From positions 38,316,001 through 38,380,000 of the forward strand of contig NC_043007.1 of the NCBI RefSeq assembly GCF_006345805.1: a stretch of DNA of 64,000 bases. Direction: 5' to 3'. This stretch comes from Octopus sinensis (Eukaryota). Shown piece by piece: positions 25,211 through 36,917 of this stretch; positions within the stretch are counted from its first letter, which is position 1; each line of letters starts with the position of its first letter. Under the pieces are notes generated by a model that saw only the letters and a program-made list of their open reading frames with translations, did no database searches and was not told the DNA's origin. The position numbers and the translations under genes were made by a program.

Positions 25211-25786
25211 TAATATTTGATATCTATAATATACCTATTTTTATATCTCAAAATATATTATAGTAACCCAGTGTAACTTGGATGAAACAATCCCCACAAC
25301 AGGTTTACATATCCTTGTAGTGACTATATATGTGTGTGTGTATGTGTTTGACCACACTATCGACTGACAACTGATGTTGGTGTGTTTACATCCCTGTAAC
25401 TTAGTAATTCAGCAAAAGTGACCGATAGAATAAGTACTAGGCTTACAAAGTCCTGGGGTTGATTTCTTTAACTAGAAACCCTTTAGGGCAGTATTCCAGT
25501 ATGGCTGCAGTCAAATGACTGAAATAAGTAAAAGAATATATATTCCAAGGGTTGAACAGAAAGAACACAAAAACAAGAAAAATTAGACGAAAACACATCC
25601 ATTTTTGTCTTATTTTCTGTTTGTCATGTTTCCATCTAGTTTTCCATTTGCTGTGTTTTCATCTAATTTTTCTCTTTGTTATGTTCTCTCTGTTTAACCC
25701 TAGGAATATCTATGTAGCGCAACATACTCTCTGTTTGTTTGTTTATACACATACACACAACTAGAGAAGAATCTGGCTGTATCTAC

Positions 25787-26655
25787 CTTGAACACCTTGA
25801 AGTAAGATTCCAACTCCATTTCTGTAAAAGGCAAAGGACATTTCATAGTTTCCACTTGCTTCACATTCTTGGGCCTGGCATATTTGGTTGGCAGCAACAT
25901 AGATGTAATCCTCTTTACCACCCACTTTCAGAGACATGTCATTTGACTGTGAAGCTACACTGAGCTGCTGTTGCAGCTGACTCAGATTTGATGGAAGTTT
26001 GAGAAAATTAGAGGAAGGCAGTGATGATGGCATTTTTCTCTTGGCAGAATTCATATCCGAGCCGAGTGACAAGCTGAGAGCGACATCAAAGTCACCCTTG
26101 CCGCAACGCACTTTAGCATTGCAGCTGCTCCCCGTTCCAAGCGGATCAAAGTCCGAAATGTCGACATTGGAACTGTTCTTGCCATGTGTCGCTTTTTTCG
26201 GGCTCTCAACAGCAGTGGCAACATGTGCAAGGGCTTTTGAGGGTTCCAAGGGATTGCAGGTTAATGCAGGAATTTCTTCAGGTTGTGTATCAAGGATTTT
26301 GGATTGGTCACCACCAAACGCTAATGTCTCTTGGTTACTTTGTTGTTTGGAAGGCGGTGGTGTGTTCTTGGAGCTAGCAGAGTCTATGTCAGCACATGTC
26401 GACAATGCAGATAGCAACCAACTGTTGCTGGTTTGCAACTTGTCAGCATTGTGTGTAGTGGAAGTTTGTAGAGGGTCAAAGAAGGAAATGTCGGCATCCG
26501 GTAGGGTCGTGCCGAGCACTGCAGCAACATCACCATCAAACTCTTCCAATTCTTCATCCTCCATTGAATTAATGCTGATGTTATCTGGAGCTTTCGGATA
26601 ACTCCATACGCCATTACAAATTTCAGCACTACTGTTTGGTTCCTTTAGTGCAACA
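25787..26655 (-). CDS. RPS6KC1: RPS6KC1 exon: low-complexity linker plus N-half of the MIT domain (...DYIYVAANQICQAQECEASGNYEMSFAFYRNGVGILLQGVQG)
   Basis: Contains the 267-aa ORF 25761-26564. TTGCAG acceptor, GT donor at 25785-25786, 869 nt, phase 2 to 1. Confidence 0.9.
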
Positions 26656-26800
26656 CTGCAATTGGAAATAGAAAAAAAGAAAAAAATACCAAAAAATACA
26701 GGATTTTAAGAAGTTAATTTATTTAGTGATTTTATTGGTTTCATTTCTATTAAAACATTATCAGTGCATAAAAACATTACTAATGTAAAAAGACAATACT

Positions 26801-26963
26801 TTAACCCTTTAGCATTTAAACTATCACATCCAGCCTGAATGTTCTATGTGTTTTATGTTAAAACTAGCCAAATCCAGTTTTTTGCCCTCTATGAGTAATT
26901 CAAAACAATGTGAATAAAAAAAGCATTACATTTGACAGAGAAATCTGAATGCTAAAAGGTTAA
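26801..26963. mobile_element. Second TTAA-flanked MITE family
   Basis: TTAACCCTTTAGCATT ... AATGCTAAAAGGTTAA. Related copies near 27465-27663 and 60190-60350. Confidence 0.6.
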
Positions 26964-29679
26964 TGCAGCAGTCCTCAAACAGACCTCTACCCCAAAAAAA
27001 AGTGAAAATTCCATACCCACCCCACTTTGATGCTGAGAAAACAAAATAGAATTTGCACCCATTTAATTCTTCATCCATCACCAAGGTGCTAGACAAGTTT
27101 CAAACCTTTAGCAATCAGATCAAGCTGTCAAACAGGATAAAAACTCCCCTTCGATTATGAATGACCATGAGATTGCACCTAGAAAGTTACCCTCTGAGGT
27201 ACAAGTCTGGGCAAGGTTGGTAATGGATGACCAGCAGTCACCCATGGATACCATCATCCCTTCTCCACCAAAGTTATCCAAGGGAAAGACAAAGGTCAAT
27301 GCAGCTTGGCCCCAATGATGTTGCAACTCATTTCTACAGATGAGTGAACTGGAGCAATGTGAAATAAAGTGTCTTTCACAAGAACGCAACACACAGCCTG
27401 GTCCAGGAATTTAACTCATTGCCTCATGATTTTGAGCTCAATGTTCTAACCACTGAGCCATACACCTTTAATGTTTTTTTATTCACATGGTTTTGAATTA
27501 ATCATGCAATATCTCATAATTTCAAGATTTCAATGATGTGATTGTAGATCTTTTGAATGATGTTGTAGGGGGAGGTGTCAGAGTACAGATCTGACCATTT
27601 TTGACATAAAACATGTATAATATTTTGGCCAGGTATGGCTAGTTTAAATGTTAGAGGGTTAACAAGTTTAAAAGCCAACTTGACTTCATTGAACATGGTA
27701 ATTTGTCTGCCTCTTGTTCAACCTTGATGGGCTTTCCCTAATGAAAAACATGGATCTTTGCGGTTATTGTCACTGTCTACAATTCTGTTCCAATTGTTTT
27801 CAAATTTGGTATGTGGATTAAGTTTTGTATACTAATTATGAAAATGAAATTCATTTTTTTTTATAAATTCATAATTAAAAAGTTATTAGCCTTTAAAATT
27901 TGCAAAATTTGGGTATTTTAGTCAATCAGAAGCTAGTATTTTACACATCACTGTGGAGTATTGTTAGCATATTAAGTAAAGAAGTACGTGTTCCATAGCT
28001 GATTATGAAGAACTCTGTTTCCGTAGTAACTAAAGATGTGCATGCGCACAAGGAGTGTAACTACCAAACTGAGTGCAATCAATAAATTGAGAGTACTTGG
28101 GTATCTTTAAAGTGTGGAAACAAACGCTAGTGTGGAATACACTGTTCCATGCTTGACTCTTTGTAAGGAGATATGAGAAAGATAATTTATTTTATAAAAT
28201 CCTAGAGTGTATTGCAAGCTTTTGTTCTTGAGTTTTTAAACTAATAAATGCCTGTTTTAAGCAACGTTTTGACTGTTATTTCTAACAACTCCTGTTGGTT
28301 TGCTCATAGCTTTTAAATATTTAATTTGCTTGCGAATCTTTTAATGTTTTTCGCTGTTTACTGTAGCTAGTTTAATGCTTTGATATGCTGGTGCTCCTCC
28401 CCACTCTTGCTACTGTGACAGATGATAGAAGAGGCAGCGAATGTGCTGTTTTCTGATTGGCTGAAAATACTGAAAATTATCAAACTTTGAACACCTGTAA
28501 CATTTTTGCATTTTTTGGGGGGGAATAAATGAATAACAAATTTGGATTCAGTGTCAAAAATTTCATCTATACAATACATTAAAAACAATTTTTTTTAAGA
28601 TTTCGATATGCAGTGATGATAACCACAAAGTTCCAGAAACACTGCTCTAGTGCTTACATTGTTATTGCTGGTGCAGTTGTTAGTGTATAACACCAGGTCA
28701 AGAATGATCAAAGGCAATCTAGCCATGACTTCCTCATCTTTGTTTCAATTATTGTATGACTAAGACTACATTTCTTAATATGTTCTTGCTTTTCGCAAGA
28801 TAGTAGGATGTTGAAGGAGATTTGGTGGCCATTTCTAGTAAGAGTAGCAACCACATAGATACTATATTCATTGGCTCATTAATTGCTATTGTTCTTGTTG
28901 TATTTGTTAAGTCTGGAAGATGGGTAAGATTTCTTTCCCTTCACTGCTGTTTTCTGTTTGGTTTCATATGCTTCTACAGTAAGAATAGGCTTACAGATGA
29001 ATGACTTCCTACTGTTAATCACTCAACTGGGAAAGAGACGAGCAGGCAGTTATTTCAGAGTGAGCAGAATTATGTGTCACTCTCAGTAGTGACTCATATT
29101 TATTTCTCTGTGCAGGTGAACACCAAACAAAGGAGCTTCTATGTGGCTGCTTGGTGTGCTGGAAATAGCAATCAAATCTTCAACTCATACCCTACCACCT
29201 TAAAAAAAAAAATCAAGGATACACATGACATTAAATAATATAGCTGCAGTTACATCCTAAAAATACATTGGACATAGTTTTGGCCGAAACTGGTGCTAAA
29301 CAACAACATGATCTCAAGGTCTGAGCCATTGACAAAACAGCCCAAAGACCAACATTTTAAACAATAACAGTTATTGGACATCACATGTTTCAAGTTTCAG
29401 AAATAATCAAGTGGTGTTGTAGCATAATTCTAGTCAGTTGCTTATGTATCTAGACATCATGGGAGTCTAGGAATGAAGTAATCTCTAGGATGATTGAAAA
29501 TGGAGGGATCTCTGAGGAAAATGGAAATTTAAGGAAGAGGGTTGGTGCAAACTGCAGCTAGTTCATCATGCAACATTCATCATTTTACATCCATTTTATT
29601 TATCATTTTACATCCACTGAATTCATTATTTTACATCTATTTTCTATAAAGGCATGAGTTAGATGGCTTGTTATAGCCC

Positions 29680-30070
29680 AAGTCAATTATTATATTCTTC
29701 TTCTGAGATAGATCAGAGGACAATGTCTTGCTTGTACATTCTATTTTTGGATTGGTTTCTTTGACTCGATGTACTGTCCTTCACTCTTATCAACTTGTTC
29801 TTACTTTGACTACTATATTTTGGAACACCCATCTCTACTTTTAATTAAGTCACCTAGGTAACAGAAGGACATCAACTATTTCTAGGGCATTGTCAGAGCA
29901 TTTGAGAAAATCTATTTGTGGTACAGTTGTTAACACTTATCTAACTGATGGCACCTGTACAGGCTTGGTTGCATGGTGATCAGAAGCCATTCATCTACCC
30001 TTAGTTTCCACTTAGAGACCACAAGAACTACAGCATGTGGAATCCTGTTAAAGGTGTTTTCCAGGTTAAT
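29680..30070 (-). mobile_element. RTE-clade LINE RT remnant
   Basis: Minus strand LEIVD-FCYLGDLI motif across a frameshift. Confidence 0.5.
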
Positions 30071-30867
30071 GAATGCTAGGACAATCATGTCTAGGGACTG
30101 ACCTCAAGATCATATGGTTGGGAACCAAGCTTCTTATCCACAGTCACACCCCAGCTTGTGTGTGTGTGTGTGTAAATGTTTTCATATTTCTCTAGACGAG
30201 ATGTTTTGTCAGATGGTTGCAAACAATAGCTTCACAAATGGTGTCATTTACTTTCAGGCCATTACAAATGCAATGCCCAGGTTGTTTTTTGTGCAACAGG
30301 CTGGGAGATTATTACCTTACTTTAGAAATAAGTGGTGTTTGGTGACAAGAAAGGCATCTGGGTATAGAAAGCTCTGTTTCAGCATACTCTTGTCTGACTC
30401 ACACAAGCATGGAAACGTAGTCACTAAAACAATAATGCTGATTCAGTTGTAACTTGGATATTTTCTACAGGATGGAGAGGACCCTTAAGCTCTCTAGTTT
30501 CAGTGATATGATAAAATGCACCTGGTCTGTGCTGTAAAGTGGTCGATGATGGAAAGGGCATCCAACCATAAAATCTAAGGTAAAAAGTATGACAACCTTG
30601 ACAAAAACTGGTGGTAATTTTCTTTGTTGCTGTGTATGTCAGATAGAACATCACCATGAAAAATGTCAAGATATCAGACATTTTACCAGCATGGAAAAAA
30701 TGAATGCAAAATGATAATAATGAAAAGAAAACAAACAACAGAAATACAAAGATTACTATAAAGTTGAAATGTATACATAAAGTCTGAAATAAATAGATAT
30801 ATTAAAAGGCATTTAAAATGGAAAAAAAAAAATTGTAGAAACCAATGATATATAGTAGAACAATTAC

Positions 30868-31097
30868 TTGCTGGGTTCGTCGTCCTTGTGGTTTTGTACA
30901 GGCTGAGTATCATTGGTTGGAATGGAAGGAATTAGTTCAGAAGATTTGTTTGAGTCTGATGTTTGCAGGTCAATAGATAGTTCAGAATCTGACTCAAAGC
31001 TTGATGTTTCAGTAGAGATTATTAATTTTCTGTTAGATTTTGAATTCACTGTTTGATTCTGGTAATCATTCAGTTCATTTATGTAATATTCATTCTT
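30868..31097 (-). CDS. RPS6KC1: RPS6KC1 linker exon (KNEYYINELNDYQNQTVNSKSNRKLIISTETSSFESD...DDEPS)
   Basis: GACAG acceptor, GTAATT donor, 230 nt open frame, phase 0 to 2, matching both neighbours. Confidence 0.82.
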
Positions 31098-31459
31098 CTG
31101 TCAACAGATAAAAAAGTAAAAATAAAACTCATATATGTATACATATACACACACACACACATATACATATATATGTAAATTATATACTACATAAATATAG
31201 ATGCATATCGTGTGTGCGCACACACATATATACTTTTATCTTTTATCTGTTTCAGTCATTAGACTGCAGCCAAGCTGGGGCACTGCTTTGAAGAAATTTT
31301 AGTTGAATGAATCGATCTCAGTACTTTTTTTTTTTTAAACTTGGTACATATTCTATTAGTCACTTTTTCTGAACCACAAAGTTATGAGGACATAAACACA
31401 CCAACACCAGTTGTCAAGTGGTGGGGGAGGAGGGCAAACACAGACATGCACATTGAAAC

Positions 31460-31492
<33 letters not shown>

Positions 31493-31642
31493 AAGGGTTT
31501 CTTTCAGTTTTCATTACCAAATTCACTACGAAGGCTTTGGTTGGCCCAAGGTTATAATAGAAGATACTTGCCCAAGATGCCATCCCATAACAATGTGGTT
31601 GGGAAGCAATGTGTGTGTACGTGTGTGTATTATATATATATG

Positions 31643-31674
<32 letters not shown>

Positions 31675-31737
31675 AGAATTTTTTGCATAATAAGATAAAA
31701 AACCAAGGCTGTATAGATATTACAGCATTTATAGATA

Positions 31738-31791
31738 GATCTTACAGCTGTTTCTAGGATATTTATTAATAATATCCCTTCATCGGAGACA
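31738..31791 (-). ncRNA. Degenerate hammerhead ribozyme motif
   Basis: Minus strand: GUCU, CCGAUGA (U4C), A-GGGAUAUU/AAUAUCCU-A, GAAA, CAGCUG, UA, AGAU. Stem I is only 3-4 bp. Confidence 0.45.
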
Positions 31792-32111
31792 GTGTGAGAG
31801 GAAAGTTTTAAGTCATAGTTAGTTTAGATGTGATACAAAATACAGAGTGAGGTGGAGGAAAGAAAATAGGTACAAGATATGTATGGGTATTGAAGTTGTA
31901 AATATATATATTATATGCACTATGCTTGTCATCTGTAGCAATCCTTTGTCATCTCCTTTGTGAAGGCCAACATACAGATTCCCTCAGCAAGCTTGTGATC
32001 CATCATTCATGTATGCTTGTGTAACACATTTGGCAGCACAAGTTTGTCGCATCCCTTTCTTGCCTTCGTGTATGAATCACAATCAGTGACCCCATATATA
32101 TATATATATAT

Positions 32112-32157
32112 ACGAGAAAGAAGCAACAAGAATGGATTCTTGTTGCTTCTTTCTCGT
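32112..32157. repeat. Perfect 22-bp hairpin with GG loop
   Basis: ACGAGAAAGAAGCAACAAGAAT gg ATTCTTGTTGCTTCTTTCTCGT. Confidence 0.95.
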
Positions 32158-32282
32158 TTATAATCACCCCACATTACTGTATGGTTAACACCATATAGTT
32201 TTCTGGTGCATCTAAGTTAAGTACCGCATTCAAGTAAATTCATTAGAATTGACTTGAATCTTAATTGCTTATATATATATAT

Positions 32283-32632
32283 ATATATATAGTAAAGAAA
32301 AATAAGTTGGCTAGCAGCAAGCTGTTTCGCCTCATACCGAAGGAATTAGAAATGGCAGTCAAAGACCGTTTTTTCCATTTCTATAAGTGGAGATTCCAAA
32401 AACGAAGGCCCTTGCGGCTCACATACACAAAACCGGAGTGGCAAATATACGAATTCAGTCACTTACCGTTAATAGCGAACACGGTGTTTCTGGATCACAA
32501 ACATATAAAAAAAGGGGAGTTTGAATTCCGTCATCAGCGCTATATTCGATAGCTTTATCAAAAGCCACCAGCCCCCACTTCTGACCCAGCGACATCAGAT
32601 AGTGGGGGGAAGTGCGCAGATGTTAAAACTTA
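32283..32632 (-). mobile_element. Probable Penelope-like retroelement terminal (pLTR) fragment carrying a hammerhead motif
   Basis: About 350-bp GC-richer block flanked by (TA)n on both sides. Contains the hammerhead motif followed by a CG|GTAAGT donor site. Confidence 0.5.
32472..32543 (-). ncRNA. Type I hammerhead ribozyme motif (minimal, Penelope-like type)
   Basis: Minus strand: AUAGCG, CUGAUGA, stem II C-GGA..UCAAAC/GUUUG..UCC-A, GAAA, CACCGUG, UU, CGCUAU (6-bp stem I). Confidence 0.7.
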
Positions 32633-33898
32633 TATATATATAGGCACTGGCATGACTGCGTGGTAAGAAGTTTTCTTCTCAACCACATGGTTCCAGGTTC
32701 AGTTCCACTGTATGGCACCTTGGGCAAGTGTCTTCTACTATTGCCTCAGGCCGACCAAAGCCTTGTGAGTGGATATCTGACAGACTGAAACTGAAAAAAG
32801 CCCATCATATATATATGTATATATTTATGTGTGTGTGTCTTTATGTCTGTGTTTGTCCCTCCCACCATCACTTGACAACCAATGTTGGTGTGTTTATGTG
32901 CCTGTAACCTAGCAGTTCGGCAAAAGAGACCAATAGAGAAAAATCCTTGGGTCGATTTCTTCAACAAAAATCCCTTTATGGCTGTGCTCCAGCATGGCTA
33001 CAGTCAAATGACTGAAAGAATAAAAAAATACACAAACAAAACCATGTGTCCCATTATTTATGCATGCTGGTATTACACATCCTGCAGCACATGCTTGTTA
33101 CACTTCTTTCAGTCTTTGCATACATTCACAGTGTTCATACTTATATAAAAATACTGATCTGACATCAATATCATCATTGTAATGTCTTCTTTCCCATGCT
33201 TGCAAGGGCTGGAATTATTTAAGGCAGATTTTCTATGACTAGGTGCCCTTCCTGTCACCAACCCTCATCTGATTCCAGGTAGGGTCATATTTCCCATGAC
33301 CAAACATGTTTATGTGGAAGACTGAAAACAAAGGTTATCACTTATACGATGGTGATGCTGTCACATATCAAAACAAGGAGACACCAAAACATTCTCTCTC
33401 TCTCTCTCTTTCACACACACAATTCACACTACAGGTTTACAGTTTTTGGCTACCAAATTTCTTCAAGGCTTCAGTTGGCCCATCTGTGGCTATAGTAGAA
33501 AACACTTGCCCAAAATACCAAGTGGTGGGACTGAACCCGAAACCATGCGGTTGGGAAGCAATCTTCTCAACCACACAACCATGCCTGTGTCTATACTTCA
33601 TATGAAAAACCTACACACAAATTTGGGGACGTTAACTCTGTTGTTATCATATTTATGTTGAAATATACTGCCTTTGTTTTGATTAATTTTGAAAATACAG
33701 AAAAATTTATTAAAATAACTTTGTCATTATTAAGCTAGTTTGGAATATGAGTTAATATGAAACAATGATGGAAAATTTTAATATAAACGACTTTCAAAAA
33801 AAAGGGAGGGAATATATATCATAGAACCAGCAGGGAATGGATTCAGGCAGGTTGGTATTGAAAGAGTTAAATATAAAGCTTTAAAAAAGAAAAATTAC

Positions 33899-34014
33899 CT
33901 CTAAAAACTGCTGGAATGTTTTCGTTCTGTGTAAGTGAGACTGACGTCCTATGAAGTTCAATAACTCAAGTGCACTTTTCCGCCTTTCTTCAATCACAGA
34001 TTCTGTAAATCTTC
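33899..34014 (-). CDS. RPS6KC1: RPS6KC1 PX-domain exon (RFTESVIEERRKSALELLNFIGRQSHLHRTKTFQQFLE)
   Basis: PX C-terminal motif RF..VIEERR. TTCCAG acceptor, GTAATT donor, 116 nt, phase 1 to 0. Confidence 0.92.
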
Positions 34015-34605
34015 CTGGAACAGATGAGAAAAGAGTATGAATAAAGTATACTATTAGATGTAAATTAGGTTAATAACAATGGTTTCAAATTTTGGCACAA
34101 GGCCAGCAATTTTGGGGGAGAGGGCAAGTTGATTATATCGATCTCATTGCTTGACTGTTACTTATTTTGTCAACCCCAAAAGAATGAAAGGCGAAGTCGA
34201 CCCTGGCAGAATTTGAACTCAGAACAAAGATGGACGAAATGCTGCTAAGTATTTTATCTGGCATGCAAACGATTCTGCCACCTTATTGATAACAACAACA
34301 AAAACAACAAAGATGATGATGATTATGATGGTGATATTTATATGGGTGAATGCACAACCGGAAAAAAACTACTAAAATCGATTCATAAATTCAGCCAAGA
34401 CTTAAAAATGTTGAGGGTGATTTAAACTCAAAATGTAAAGTGCTACAACACATATATGGATCCTATCAATCTCAATTTTTCTGGGTTTTTTTAATGGAAT
34501 TAGACAAATGTACCAAAGCTATAAGAGAAGTTAAAGCAAACTAACTAGAGTTCAGAACATTACATAACGCCCAGACACTGACATCAGAGAATTATAAGAG
34601 AACCA

Positions 34606-34607
<2 letters not shown>

Positions 34608-34651
<44 letters not shown>

Positions 34652-34668
34652 CATACACACACACACAC
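34608..34668. repeat. (TA)n-(CA)n compound microsatellite
   Basis: Direct reading. Similar tracts at 8760-8797, 46505-46540, 54588-54618, 59058-59108. Confidence 0.95.
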
Positions 34669-36857
34669 TTAGAAGTAAATGAAACTGGTAAGATATTAAA
34701 TAGAGAAATGAAGGAGAAAATTAAAAGAGTATTACAAAAAAAGCCATACTAAATATAAAATCTGAATTCAATATAAGAATTAAGATATTAAGTATAAATA
34801 CACTACCCATGCCAGCTATAAATAGAGCTTCAACATAGTAAACTAAAAGTTAATTGATGAGCTTAGAGTAGAAATGGAAAAAACTAACAGCATTCTAAAG
34901 ACACCATATAGGTAGACTATACCCTGCAAGTAGTAGTAGAGCAGTAGTAGTAATATTAAGGGCACACACTGAAGCGTGTTGCTGCATTTACTATTTGTTA
35001 ATGATTCCCTGCTCCTGGCAGATGACAGCTTTGCACCACTCAGAAAACTACTACAAAGTAACAACAGTGAGTCTAGAAAAATACTTGGAAGCAAGCAAAG
35101 GGAAACTGATTACTGCCATAAGCAAATATGAAAAAGAACCCCAAAAAACTTCTTTAATATATAAGGAAACAATAAATTTCAAACTAGGAATTTACTACAT
35201 TGAAGAAAAAGGTTTAGATGAAAACAATAGAAAAGAGGTGGGGAAAAAAAAGACAAAATTAAGATGGAATTTCAAAACATATTGAAGAAAAAATGGTATA
35301 GAAACTATTCTATGGCCTCTTATCCTCAAGATTCAACAGCAAGGAAGCCAGAGCAAAAGTCAACAGTTCAAATGCTCAGGACTAAAAGCAAAAACATTTA
35401 ATTCTAGCTGTACAAAACCAATGCCTAGCCACAAATAATTACTAAAATCAAATGAAGCACAGACATACTTTCCAACTATGTGGTGTCAGATTCAATCCCA
35501 CTTTGTGGCACTTTGGGCAAGTGTCTTCTACTATAGCCCCAGCCAACCAATGACTTGAGAATGGATTTGGAGGCTGAAACTGGTAGAAGCCCGTGCATGT
35601 ATATCTTGACATCATGTAATGATTGTCAACAAAGTCTCACTGTCACACATGCAGTGTTGTTTGTTTCCAATTTTTTTTTTGTGTGAAAACACATGTCTGG
35701 CCATGAAGAAATATTGCCTTGCATGGAAAAGGGTGAGGGTTGGCAGCAGGAAGAGCATCCAGCCATAGAAAATCTAACTCAACAAATTTCATCTGACCAA
35801 TGCAAGCATGGAAAAGACATTAAATGATGATGATGATGACTGAAAAAAGATTCTAACATCAAGTGAAGACTATGCAATCATTACAATGAGACATTACATC
35901 ACTTCTGGTTGCCAAGTTATTGCAAAGTTTGAGTATAACTATAGACACCTCAATTAAGCAGTTATGCCCACTGGGCAATACACAGATACTTCAAAGTAAA
36001 AAAGAATTAGTAAAAATGTTTACTAAAATATAGTACATAACAATGAGCTGGTCTCAGTCATCTGGAACATATCTGTCCAGACTGGGAAGGAGATCAAGGC
36101 AAATCATTCAGATATTATGAAATACTGAAACAGAAATATTTTGTATGTTGAAAGACATCTTGATCTCCTCTACCAAAAAGAACTTGAAACAGAAATAACA
36201 TGCAATATGAACAATAGCATAAAAACCATAGCAGGGCCCATGACTTTACAAGCATTCCAAAATAGCTTGGCGAGACATAACTCACATCTTATGCAATTTA
36301 AACACTACACCTTCTGCATGCAACACATACCCTACAATCACTATCCAATAAAAGCACACAAACCTACAATATGACATCAATGACTTACCTCACATTCTAC
36401 ACATTGCTAGCTATTGATATAGCACAACCCACAGAGAGCACACACTATATAATCAATGCCTGACGCTAAAAGACATCAATCGCATAGCACATATGAAACA
36501 CAACCCATACTGCACACAGCCTACATAAATCACCTTAAAAGGATGAAAGGTAAAGTTGACCTCGGCAGAATTTGATCTCAGAACCTACAAAGCTGGAAGA
36601 AATGCCACTAAGCAGTTTTGTCAGATACACTAATGATTCTGTCAGTCTTACTGCCTCAAAAATAATAGTGGTTTCAAATTTTGGTACAGGGCCAGTAATT
36701 TTTGAGGGGAGGGGGTACTTGATTGGTACTTATTTATTGACCCTGATAGGATGAAAGGCAACCACAGTAGAATTTGAACTCATAATATAAAGAACCGGAA
36801 GAAATATCATTAAGCATTTTATCTGATATGCTAATAATTCTGCCAGTTTCTGCCACC

Positions 36858-36858
<1 letters not shown>

Positions 36859-36916
<58 letters not shown>
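36859..36916. repeat. (AAT)n microsatellite, about 19 units
   Basis: Direct reading; it explains the poly-I and poly-L ORFs. Confidence 0.95.

Positions 36917-36917
<1 letters not shown>

Noticed and set aside
25999-26601. 200-aa plus-strand ORF (also 20466-20792 and 19638-19832)
   Set aside because: Antisense shadows of RPS6KC1 exons, with no independent domain or splice support.
32045-32100. Minus-strand CUGAUU-GUG..CAC-GAAG motif
   Set aside because: Incomplete core and no stem I partner.
34843-36480. ORFs 34995-35285 and 36141-36374 as a gene
   Set aside because: Short and A-rich with no recognisable domain; probably decayed retroelement sequence that I could not classify.
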